Origin: Vulcanimicrobiota bacterium
GTDB taxonomy: Bacteria > Vulcanimicrobiota > Vulcanimicrobiia > Vulcanimicrobiales > Vulcanimicrobiaceae
Direction: 5' to 3'
Assembly: GCA_963714015.1 (NCBI GenBank)
Contig: OY970223.1
Coordinates: forward strand, 96,001 to 160,000
Length of the DNA stretch: 64,000 nt
Numbering within the stretch: the stretch's first letter is position 1; every line of letters begins with the position of its first letter. Below, piece after piece: positions 50,235-60,645 of this stretch. A program made the translations under genes and the position numbers. The notes under the pieces are model-generated. The model worked only from the letters and a program-made list of their open reading frames with translations. It was not told where the DNA came from and did not search any database.

Positions 50235-51506
50235 TTGAGCGTGCAGCTGGCCGGCTCCCAGACCGAAACACTTCTGCGCCGCCGCGCCGACAGCGTGTCG
50301 CGAGGCGTCGGCAACGCGCATCCGATCTTCGTCGACCGGGCGGAGGGCGCGCGAATTTGGGATGTGGACGGCCGCGAGTACCTGGATTTTGCCGGAGGCA
50401 TCGGCGTCCTCAATGCAGGGCATTGCCATCCGAAGATCGTCGCCGCAATTGCCGAACAAGCCGCGCGGTTCACGCATACGTGTTTCCAAGTCGGCATGTA
50501 CGAGCCGTACGTGCAATTGGCCGAGAAGCTCAACCGGCTCGCGCCCGGACCGTCGCCTAAGAAAACGCTGCTGCTGACGACCGGCGCCGAAGCAACGGAG
50601 AACGCGGTGAAGATCGCCCGGGAGTATACGCGCCGGCCCGCAGTGATTGGGTTTCAGCATGGTTATCACGGCAGAACGCTGCTGGCGCTCTCCCTGACGG
50701 GCAAGAATGCGCCGTACAAGCAGCATTTCGGCCCCTTCTGCGCCGAGATCTATCACTCGCCTTTTCCTTACGAACTGCGCGGCTGGACCGTGGAGCGCGC
50801 ACTCGAAGCTCTGACGGATCTCTTCGCGACCCAGGTCGCCCCGGATCGCGTGGCGGCGATTATCGTCGAGCCCGTGCTGGGCGAAGGCGGATTCATTCCG
50901 GCGCCGGCGCCGTTCTTGCAGGAGCTCCGCCGCGTCTGCGACCGGGAGGGGATCGTGCTGATCTGCGACGAGATTCAAACCGGTTTTGGGCGCACGGGAC
51001 GCTTCTTCGCGTGCGAGCACGCGGGTATCGAGCCGGATCTGATTGCCGTCGCAAAGTCGCTGGCCGGCGGAATGCCCCTCTCGGCGGTCGTCGGGAAGGC
51101 GTCTATTATGGACGCTCCGGAACCGGGCGGCTTGGGCGGGACGTACGCCGGCAATCCAATCGCGTGCGCGGCGGCACTGGCCACGCTCGAGATCATGGAC
51201 GATGCGTTCTTAGAGCGCGCACGCGTCATCGGCGAAAGATTGTTCGCGGCGCTGCGCGATTTGAAGAGCCGCTACGAAGCAATCGTCGAAGTACGCGGGT
51301 TAGGCGCGATGGTCGCCATGGAACTGCGCAATCCCCGGGATTGCGAGACCATCGTCCGCGAGGCGCGCGAACGCGGATTACTGCTGCTGCTCGCCGGCAA
51401 GGGCAACGTCATCCGCATCCTGGTTCCACTCATCATCAGCGACGCCGATTTACAGACGGCGTTCGCGCGTCTGGGCGAAAGTTGCGAGGCCGCGCTTTCC
51501 GCCTGA
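50235..51506 (+). CDS. gabT: 4-aminobutyrate--2-oxoglutarate transaminase
   Basis: DFAGGIGVLNAGHCHP, FTHTCFQV, TTGAEATENAVK, DEIQTGFGRTG, GGLGGTYAGNP. Confidence 0.92.
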   Translation: MSVQLAGSQTETLLRRRADSVSRGVGNAHPIFVDRAEGARIWDVDGREYLDFAGGIGVLNAGHCHPKIVAAIAEQAARFTHTCFQVGMYEPYVQLAEKLNRLAPGPSPKKTLLLTTGAEATENAVKIAREYTRRPAVIGFQHGYHGRTLLALSLTGKNAPYKQHFGPFCAEIYHSPFPYELRGWTVERALEALTDLFATQVAPDRVAAIIVEPVLGEGGFIPAPAPFLQELRRVCDREGIVLICDEIQTGFGRTGRFFACEHAGIEPDLIAVAKSLAGGMPLSAVVGKASIMDAPEPGGLGGTYAGNPIACAAALATLEIMDDAFLERARVIGERLFAALRDLKSRYEAIVEVRGLGAMVAMELRNPRDCETIVREARERGLLLLLAGKGNVIRILVPLIISDADLQTAFARLGESCEAALSA

Positions 51507-51535
51507 AGTGAGGTCCTAAAATTAGTGAACGTTCG

Positions 51536-52892
<1,357 letters not shown>

Positions 52893-52895
52893 TCC

Positions 52896-54419
52896 ATGCA
52901 AACTCTCAATCGCACCGCTTCTCCGGAAGAATTGCTCCGCAATCTGCCGCGCTCGGCTAACGGTACGCTGCTGATGTACGTCAACGGCCGATGGTGCGAC
53001 GCCTCGGACGGGGCAACCCGCACGCTGATCAATCCCTCGAACGACGAGGCGGTAGCGACGGTCTGCGAGGGGACGCGCGAGGATGCCGCCCGAGCGATTC
53101 AAAGCGCGCACGACGCGTTTTACAGCGGGCCCTGGGGCGAGAGTACGGCACTGGATCGCGCAAAGCTGCTCCTGCGCCTTGCCGACAAAATCGACGAGTA
53201 CGCCGCCGAGCTTGCGCGGATCGACACGCTCAACAACGGCAAGCCGATTCGCGAAACCGAGTACGACGTCACCGATGCGGCAAATTGCTTCCGCTACTAC
53301 GCCGGCCTTGCCACGAAGCCGACGGGACAGACGTTCGACGTGCCGGCGCCTTCGCAAACGTTCGTCGTGCGCGAACCGATCGGCGTCTGCGGACAGATCA
53401 TTCCGTGGAACTATCCGCTGCTGATGGCGGCGTGGAAACTTGCGCCGGCACTCGCTGCAGGCAACACCTGCGTGCTCAAACCGTCGGAGCTGACGCCGCT
53501 CTCCGCCTTGCGTTTGGCGACGATCTTCGAAGAGATCGAGCTTCCGGCAGGCGTCGTGAACATCGTCTTGGGCGCGGGCGCAACCGTGGGCGCGGCCATC
53601 GCTGAAAGCGACCAGGTGAGCAAAGTCGCGTTTACCGGCGGCACGGTAACCGGGCGCTCCATCATGCGCGCGGCGACCGGAAACTTGAAGAAGATCTCGC
53701 TCGAGCTCGGCGGCAAGTCGCCCAACGTCGTTTTCGCGGACGCCGATTTCGATACGGCGGTCGACTATGCGCTCTTCGGCATCTACGCCAACGCCGGTCA
53801 AGTATGCTCGGCCGGTTCGCGGTTGATCCTGCAAGACACGTTGTACGAAAAGTTCGTGGAACGCCTGGTCGAGCGCGCAAAGAACATTCGCGTAGGCGAC
53901 GGTTTCGATCCGCAGACCGAGATGGGTCCGTTGATCTCACGCGCGCACACGGACAAGGTGCAGAACTACATTGCGCTCGGCATCGAAGAAGGCGCCAAAA
54001 TCGAATGCGGCGGCAACCGGATCGGCGATCGCGGCTGCTTCATCGCGCCCACGATCTTTACGCGGACCAATCCAAAAATGCGCATCGTGCAGGAAGAGAT
54101 CTTCGGTCCCGTGCTCGTCGTGCAGACGTTCAAGGACGAAGCCGAAGCGATAGCGCTCGCGAACGACACGATCTACGGCCTTGCCGGCGCCGTCTTCAGC
54201 CAGGACGCAGCAAAGGCGCATCGCGTCATTCGCAAGATGCGGGCCGGCATCACGTGGATCAATACGTACCATCCGACGTACAACGAAGCTCCGTGGGGAG
54301 GCTATAAGCAGTCCGGAATCGGACGGGAACTCGGCACGTACGGCTACGACGCGTACACGGAGGTCAAGCAGATCAACGTCAATCTCTCCGTCGAGCCGTC
54401 GGGTTGGTTCACCGCATGA
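52896..54419 (+). CDS. Aldehyde dehydrogenase (aminoaldehyde/betaine-aldehyde type)
   Basis: PWNYPL, LELGGKSP, GQVCSAG, EEIFGPV, PWGGYKQSGIGRE. Confidence 0.93.
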   Translation: MQTLNRTASPEELLRNLPRSANGTLLMYVNGRWCDASDGATRTLINPSNDEAVATVCEGTREDAARAIQSAHDAFYSGPWGESTALDRAKLLLRLADKIDEYAAELARIDTLNNGKPIRETEYDVTDAANCFRYYAGLATKPTGQTFDVPAPSQTFVVREPIGVCGQIIPWNYPLLMAAWKLAPALAAGNTCVLKPSELTPLSALRLATIFEEIELPAGVVNIVLGAGATVGAAIAESDQVSKVAFTGGTVTGRSIMRAATGNLKKISLELGGKSPNVVFADADFDTAVDYALFGIYANAGQVCSAGSRLILQDTLYEKFVERLVERAKNIRVGDGFDPQTEMGPLISRAHTDKVQNYIALGIEEGAKIECGGNRIGDRGCFIAPTIFTRTNPKMRIVQEEIFGPVLVVQTFKDEAEAIALANDTIYGLAGAVFSQDAAKAHRVIRKMRAGITWINTYHPTYNEAPWGGYKQSGIGRELGTYGYDAYTEVKQINVNLSVEPSGWFTA

Positions 54420-55723
54420 GCATGACCGCTGCGCGTACGTCGCGAGTTCTCACGCCGTGGTCGACGCAAGCCAATCGCAGCGTTCCAACGATCGTTCGGG
54501 GCGACGGCTCGTATCTGTTTGACGAAAGCGGAAAACGGTACGTCGACCTCTCAGCGGGATTGGTTGCGGTGAACCTGGGCCACGCGCATCCGGCATTGGC
54601 GCAAGCGATTGCGGAACAAGCGGCTGCGGTGGCATATGCGGCGCCGAGCCTCGGCAACGACAAGCGCGAGGCGCTGGCATCCGCAATCTCCGATTTGACG
54701 CCGTGGAATGAGGGCGCGCGCGTCTTTTTCACCACCGGAGGCGGTGAGGCAAACGAAGATGCGCTGAAGATCGCGCGCACGCTTACCGGCCGCCACAAGG
54801 TGCTCGCCGCGTATCGTTCGTTCCACGGATCGGCGCCGGGCGCCGGAACGCTCAGCGGCGAGAACCGGCGCTGGCCGAACGAGCCCGGCATTCCCGGCGT
54901 CGTGCACTTTTTCGCGCCGTTTCCGTATCGCAGCCCTTTCCATACGCGCGATGCCGCCGAAGAGACGCGGCGCGCGATCGCCCATTTGGAAGACGTCGTG
55001 TTGTACGAGGGCCGCGACCGCATCGCGGCGCTGCTCATCGAACCGATCGTCGGATCGAACGGCGTGATCCTCTACCCGGAAGGCTACCTGGAACGGGTGC
55101 GCGAGCTCTGTACGCGCTACGGCATCCTGCTGATCTTCGATGAAGTCATGACGGGATTCGGACGCACCGGAAAGCCGTTTGCCTCGCAGACGTTCGGCGT
55201 GACCCCGGATCTGTTCACGTTCGCTAAGGGCGTTACGTCGGCGTACGTGCCGCTTGGCGGCGTAGCCGTGCGCGAGGATCTTGCCTCGTATTTCGATACG
55301 CGCCCGCTTCCGTGCGGTCACACGTTCTCCGGCCATCCGCTGGCGATGGCTGCGGGCGTTGCCGCCCTCAAGGCGTATGAGCAGGTCTTTCCGCGCGTTG
55401 CGCAAGTCGAATCGTGGCTGCGGTCCGGGCTCGAAGGACTCGCCTCGCGGCATGAGGTGATTGGCGAAGTGCGTGGAACGGGCGCGTTCTTCGGATTGGA
55501 GCTCGTAAAGGACCGCCGCACGCGGGAGCCGCTCGTTGAATGGCAGGGCCCGCGCGCGCTCAACCGGTTCACCGGCGACCTGCTCGAGCGCGGCGTCTAC
55601 GTTTATGCGCGCTTCAATACGGTGATCGTTTCACCGCCCCTCACGATCGAACGCGAGACGGTTTCCGAGGCGATAGAGATCTTGGACGCTGCGTTGACGG
55701 ACCTGGAAAAGAGCGAAGCTTAG
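54416..55723 (+). CDS. Class-III PLP aminotransferase (omega-amino acid / beta-alanine type)
   Basis: VNLGHAHP, GGEANEDALK, DEVMTGFGRTG, FAKGVTSAYVPLG; ATGA overlap with the upstream gene. Confidence 0.88.
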   Translation: MSMTAARTSRVLTPWSTQANRSVPTIVRGDGSYLFDESGKRYVDLSAGLVAVNLGHAHPALAQAIAEQAAAVAYAAPSLGNDKREALASAISDLTPWNEGARVFFTTGGGEANEDALKIARTLTGRHKVLAAYRSFHGSAPGAGTLSGENRRWPNEPGIPGVVHFFAPFPYRSPFHTRDAAEETRRAIAHLEDVVLYEGRDRIAALLIEPIVGSNGVILYPEGYLERVRELCTRYGILLIFDEVMTGFGRTGKPFASQTFGVTPDLFTFAKGVTSAYVPLGGVAVREDLASYFDTRPLPCGHTFSGHPLAMAAGVAALKAYEQVFPRVAQVESWLRSGLEGLASRHEVIGEVRGTGAFFGLELVKDRRTREPLVEWQGPRALNRFTGDLLERGVYVYARFNTVIVSPPLTIERETVSEAIEILDAALTDLEKSEA

Positions 55724-55725
55724 CA

Positions 55726-57114
55726 ATGGCCGAAGTGCTCGACATTCGCGACCCGGCAACGGGCGAAGCCATCGGCAGCGTAAAGGCCGCAAGCGAACGC
55801 GACGTGGCGCAGGCGGTCAAGGCTGCGGGACTGGCATTTCCGGCGTGGGCCGCAACACCGGTCGCCGAACGGGCGCGACTCATGTTCCGTTACGCGGACG
55901 CTTTGGAGCGGCATTTCGAGGCGCTCGCGACATCCGTCTCGCGCGAAAACGGTAAGACCATGACCGATGCGCGTGCGGAAGTTCGGCGCGGCATCGAGGC
56001 GGTCGAGTTTGCTTGCGGGATGCCTTCGCTCATGATGGGCGATTCGCTGGCGAACATCTCCGGCGGCGTCGACTGCGTGAGCGTCCGGTATCCGTTGGGC
56101 GTCTGCGTCGGCATCACGCCGTTCAATTTCCCCGCGATGATTCCGCTCTGGATGATGCCGCTGGCGCTCGCCGCCGGGAACACCTTCGTTCTCAAGCCTT
56201 CGCCGCAGACTCCGCTGACGGCGCAAATGCTGCTGACGATCGCTCGAGAATGCGGTTTCCCGGAAGGTCTCTTCAATATCGTCAACGGCGCCTCCGAAGC
56301 GGTGCAGACGTTGATTTCCCATCCGCGCGTGCAGGCGGTCTCCTTCGTCGGATCGTCGCACGTCGCGCGCATCGTTCAGGATGTGGCAGTGCGCTATCAC
56401 AAGCGCGTTCAGGCGCTCGGCGGCGCGAAAAATTATTTGATCGTCATGCCGGATGCTGCCGACGAGAATACGCTCTCCGCGGTTCTCTCTTCAGCGTTCG
56501 GCGGTGCAGGACAACGCTGCCTGGCCGGTTCGGTCGTCGTGACGGTCGGCGATGCTGCCGACGGGTTTTTGCCGATGCTCGTACAGGGCGCGAAAAGAAT
56601 GCGTATGGGGCCCGGGCTCGACCAGAGCGCCGATATGGGTCCGGTCATCAGTGCCCAAGCGCGCGAGCGCGTCATCGGTTACATTCAACGCGCCGAAGCT
56701 TCGGGTCATAACGTGCTGCTCGACGGGCGCGCGTCGCGCAACGGCGGCAACTTTCTCGCACCGACGATCGTCGACAACGTCGACCCAAGCCACGAGCTCG
56801 CAACCGAAGAGGTCTTCGGACCGGTGCTCGCGGTCATTCGCGCGAAGACGCTCGAGGACGCGATCGAAATCGCCAACCGCTCGCGTTACGGCAACGCTTC
56901 GTCAATCTTCACTAAAGACGGAAAAAGCGCGCGCGAGTTCACGCAGCGCATTCAAGTCGGGATGGCCGGCGTCAACATCGGCGTTGCCGCCCCCATGGCG
57001 TATTTTCCCTTCGGCGGCGTGAAGGATTCGATCTTCGGCGACTTGCGCTGCCACGGCAAAGACGCCATCGCTTTTTATACGCAGCAGCGCGTCGTGATTT
57101 CCCGCTGGCCCTGA
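55726..57114 (+). CDS. mmsA: CoA-acylating (methyl)malonate-semialdehyde dehydrogenase
   Basis: GITPFNFPAMIPLW, SFVGSS, RVQALGGAKN, GQRCLA, FYTQQRVVISRW. Confidence 0.93.
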   Translation: MAEVLDIRDPATGEAIGSVKAASERDVAQAVKAAGLAFPAWAATPVAERARLMFRYADALERHFEALATSVSRENGKTMTDARAEVRRGIEAVEFACGMPSLMMGDSLANISGGVDCVSVRYPLGVCVGITPFNFPAMIPLWMMPLALAAGNTFVLKPSPQTPLTAQMLLTIARECGFPEGLFNIVNGASEAVQTLISHPRVQAVSFVGSSHVARIVQDVAVRYHKRVQALGGAKNYLIVMPDAADENTLSAVLSSAFGGAGQRCLAGSVVVTVGDAADGFLPMLVQGAKRMRMGPGLDQSADMGPVISAQARERVIGYIQRAEASGHNVLLDGRASRNGGNFLAPTIVDNVDPSHELATEEVFGPVLAVIRAKTLEDAIEIANRSRYGNASSIFTKDGKSAREFTQRIQVGMAGVNIGVAAPMAYFPFGGVKDSIFGDLRCHGKDAIAFYTQQRVVISRWP

Positions 57115-57272
57115 GCGCCTAGTATGGGTCATGGTGAGAAAGAGCATCGCCACTTTGTTGGATAGAGTCTAGCGCCCGCGTCGTTCAAGGCGTGCAGCAG
57201 ATCGATCGAGTCGTCGTTGCGCAGCGCTCACAGTTCTGGCCGACCCGGAGTATCTGCCGGCCGCCGTCTCAC

Positions 57273-59057
57273 TCAGCGCGGGACGCGCTCCAATTGAGCC
57301 GTAATGGACGCGAAGCCCTCCGCGACCGCTGCGTGCACAGCGCGAAGTTCCGCGACGATGCCGTCGTCCAGGCCGGCGGCGCGTTGCGCGAGGATGTCGA
57401 GCGCGCCTGCAACGCCGTGGGCGACTTCTTCAATGGCGCGCGATTCGTCCGGCGCATATGCCTCTTCGGAGCGCTTGGGACCAAGTACGAGCGCACCGAC
57501 CAACCGTCCGCGCGCAATCATCGGATAGGCGAACTCGCCTTGCAGACACGTCTCGATTCCATGTAAATCGAGCACCCGATGCCACGTGCGCAGAGAAACG
57601 ATCGCCCCATCGTTCTCGCTGACGCTCCCGTAGCAGCCGGCGCCGTCGTCCAACGCGAGCCGCACGAAGAGCGCGTCCGCATGGCGTTCGAGCACGCCGA
57701 TGGTCCGCCCGATCAACGTCTGCACATCGGTAATATACGCGGCCTCGTGCGCGAAGCGGCGAATCGCCTGTTCGTCTTCGTGCCGTTTCCGGAAGAACAC
57801 GCGGTCCAGCACGTAATCTACGCGCGTGTGTACGAAATGAATCGACAAGCCGAGCGCGAGCGCAACCGCAGCACCGGCGAGAAGACTGGCCGTATGGTTC
57901 GTCTGTTGCAGCCACGCGCCGACCGCCCATTCCACCAGCACGAACGTGCCGACGATGATCAGCGACACGACGGAAAAAATCGCGACGCGGTTGAGTGCAA
58001 AGCCGATGTCGAGCAGCCGCCGGTTGAGTAGTGCGTACGTCATGCCGAGCGGTGCGAAAAAGATCCCGACGTTGACCAGTTGGTACGCGACGATCAGCGC
58101 GGTGCCGCGAGACGATTCGGGAAAAATCGCCGGCGCGAGCTGCATACCTGCGTCGGCTAGATACATCAGACCCAGTGACGCAGTGGTCCATGCGATGCGG
58201 CCGCGCTCTTTGCCCTGCGTTGCCGCTATGCCGGCGATGGCACAAAGCAATGAAAGAATGTAGGGCGCCGCGGACCACTCGAAATTCCAATCGGGGCCCA
58301 GCGTTTGAGCAACCCACGCTTCGCCGCCGTTCCAAAACGTTGCCAGACGCACGACCTCGTAGACGGCCACCGCAATTGCCGATGCCCATGCTAAAACAGA
58401 CAATGCAATCCGCACGCCGGAGACCGGACGGCCGAAAAGCAGTGCGTAGTTCACGAGAAGTACGCTGGCCACGACGGTCGCCGTGAAGCCCATAGCCGCT
58501 GCAACGAGATCGGCGAAGGCCGACGGCGTGAGCCAGGATCCCGCCTGCAGTGCCGATGCCCCGACGTTCAAGGCAAGAATCACACAGAGAATGCGAGCTT
58601 CCGGCAAATCGGCACGCCGCCACGCGATGACGATCGCAAAGGCGAGCATCCAAAACGACGCTGCTGCGAACACCCAAATGTCCCAGCGCCACACCGGCTT
58701 CCCGCCCGCGCGATAAAGAACGTTAAACGTGCGCGTGCCTCGCGTGACGGCCACCGGAATACGTTCGTGCGGATAGACGCCGATCAGCAGCCGGTAGCGA
58801 TCCGCAGGTGACAGCTCGCGCAGATGAACGAGATCCCCGGCCCGCAAGCCGCTCGTCTGCGCGGGACCGCCCGCATCGACGGAGCTGATGCGCACGAGCG
58901 CCGGATTCGGCGTCAGCTCGGTCTGAAAGCCTAGGCCGGACGATGATTCAACGGCGTCGGTGAAGAGGCTGCAAGCAATCAACGCCGCACACAAAAAGCA
59001 CAGCGTGAGAAGGATCGCGCGCCAAAAGCGGGTCGAGCGCGGAGAGGCGGCCTCCAT
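57273..59057 (-). CDS. Multi-pass membrane protein with extracytoplasmic PDZ-like and C-terminal GAF-like domains
   Basis: SVDAGGPAQTSGLRAGD; about 9 TM segments; AYPMIARGRLVGALVLGPKRSEEAY. Confidence 0.75.
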   Translation of the reverse strand: MEAASPRSTRFWRAILLTLCFLCAALIACSLFTDAVESSSGLGFQTELTPNPALVRISSVDAGGPAQTSGLRAGDLVHLRELSPADRYRLLIGVYPHERIPVAVTRGTRTFNVLYRAGGKPVWRWDIWVFAAASFWMLAFAIVIAWRRADLPEARILCVILALNVGASALQAGSWLTPSAFADLVAAAMGFTATVVASVLLVNYALLFGRPVSGVRIALSVLAWASAIAVAVYEVVRLATFWNGGEAWVAQTLGPDWNFEWSAAPYILSLLCAIAGIAATQGKERGRIAWTTASLGLMYLADAGMQLAPAIFPESSRGTALIVAYQLVNVGIFFAPLGMTYALLNRRLLDIGFALNRVAIFSVVSLIIVGTFVLVEWAVGAWLQQTNHTASLLAGAAVALALGLSIHFVHTRVDYVLDRVFFRKRHEDEQAIRRFAHEAAYITDVQTLIGRTIGVLERHADALFVRLALDDGAGCYGSVSENDGAIVSLRTWHRVLDLHGIETCLQGEFAYPMIARGRLVGALVLGPKRSEEAYAPDESRAIEEVAHGVAGALDILAQRAAGLDDGIVAELRAVHAAVAEGFASITAQLERVPR

Positions 59058-59342
59058 GCGGGTAGGTTCCGCGAAGGTCGCGCTCGGTCATCTTTGGGAT
59101 TCGGCGGCCGAAGATTTTTTCGATTTGAGCGTCGCTCGTATGCATGGTTTACGTCTTGAACGCCGATGACGGCCAAGACGAGCGCTCCATTCGGTGCAAG
59201 CAGTTCCGAATAGGCTTCAACGTTGTGCTTTGCGCAGACAGTATCCAAGATTTCCATGCTATAACCCTAAGGGGGCTTACCGAAGAGCGCGCTTGAAAAC
59301 GGCGAGGCGCTCGGCGTCCCCGAGGCTGAAAGGCGGACTGCA

Positions 59343-60488
59343 TTGACGATTAGCAGACGCGAATTACTTGTCGCTTCAATGTCTACGGTGGCGGCTGCAG
59401 CGGTTTCGACGCAAGCGGCAGGCGCCGAAGGTCGCGTAAGAGCGCGAGCTTTGGGGCTTGCGCCAGGCGTTTTTCCGCCCGGCGCACTCAATGCCATCAC
59501 CGACGTTGCAGGCGTGCGCGTGGGACATGTGACGCTGATCGACGGCGACCGCATTTGCACCGGCGTCACCGCCATCGTGCCGCACGCTGGAAATATCTTT
59601 CAAGAGAAAGTTGCGGGCGGCGTCTTCATCGGCAACGCATTCGGAAAACTCGCCGGCTCGACGCAAGTGCAGGAATTGGGCTCGATCGAAACCCCGATCG
59701 TTTTGACGAACACGTTGAACGTGGGGACCGGTATGCTCGGGACGATTTCTTGGACTCTGCGGCAGCCCGGGAACGAAGACGTCGTTTCGGTAAACGCCGT
59801 TGTCGGCGAAACGAACGACTCGTGGCTCAACGACATTCGCGGCATGCACGTGACGACCGATCAGGTCATTGCTGCGATTACGCAAGCGAAGGGCGGCGCC
59901 GTGCAAGAAGGAACCGTGGGCGCCGGCGCCGGCACTGTTTGCTTCGGTTGGAAGGGCGGCATCGGCACCGCCTCACGCGTGATACCGGATCGTTTCGGCG
60001 GTCATACGGTCGGCGTTCTGGTGCAAACGAACTACGGCGGGGTGCTGACTATGGGCGGCGCACCGGTTGGAAAAGAACTGGGCCGGTACGATTACAAGCC
60101 GGGGAACGGCAAGGGCTCGTGCATGATGGTCGTGGCAACGGACGCTCCGCTCACCGGCCACGAATGCCGGCGTCTCGCCGCGCGCGCCGTGTACGGACTT
60201 GCCCGCACGGGCTCGTCGTATGAAAACGGCAGCGGCGATTTTGCCATCGCGTTTTCGACGGCGCAAACGGCGAGAATCAAATACGGCGATCTCGGGGTGC
60301 AGTCATTCGAAACGGTCTCGACCGACGGAATGTCGCCGCTCTTTGAAGCGGCGCTTGAAGCAACTGAGGAAGCCGTCTACAATTCGCTGCTGCAAGCGAC
60401 GACGGTTCGGTCGCAAGGCCACACGGTCGAGGCGATTCCAATCGATCGCGTTCGCGAGATTCTTCGGCGTCATGGGGCTATTTCGTAA
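59343..60488 (+). CDS. DmpA/P1 (S58) aminopeptidase with twin-arginine signal
   Basis: SRRELL Tat motif; NAITDVAGVRVGH, GWKGGIGTASR, G/S autocleavage site KGSCMMVVATDAPL, NGSGDFAIAFST. Confidence 0.92.
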   Translation: MTISRRELLVASMSTVAAAAVSTQAAGAEGRVRARALGLAPGVFPPGALNAITDVAGVRVGHVTLIDGDRICTGVTAIVPHAGNIFQEKVAGGVFIGNAFGKLAGSTQVQELGSIETPIVLTNTLNVGTGMLGTISWTLRQPGNEDVVSVNAVVGETNDSWLNDIRGMHVTTDQVIAAITQAKGGAVQEGTVGAGAGTVCFGWKGGIGTASRVIPDRFGGHTVGVLVQTNYGGVLTMGGAPVGKELGRYDYKPGNGKGSCMMVVATDAPLTGHECRRLAARAVYGLARTGSSYENGSGDFAIAFSTAQTARIKYGDLGVQSFETVSTDGMSPLFEAALEATEEAVYNSLLQATTVRSQGHTVEAIPIDRVREILRRHGAIS

Positions 60489-60645
60489 GCCAAAACCGGC
60501 GCCCGGCCGATCGCCTCGACGTCGGGCGCCGTGACGTCCGCAACGACGGAAGTTCGGGGACTCGCGGTCCAATTGTACGGCCCGTGACGCGGCGTGGTAC
60601 AGTTGACGTAGTTGGGAGGTGCAAGGTGTGAAGCGAGCCCACCAA

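Noticed and set aside
57120..57275. Small gene after mmsA (MVRKSIATLLDRV)
   Set aside because: Stops after 13 codons; repairing the AGTCT site only joins it to an ORF running antisense into the next gene.
59270..59342. Riboswitch upstream of the DmpA gene
   Set aside because: A GC-rich hairpin can be drawn, but I could not match any known aptamer consensus.
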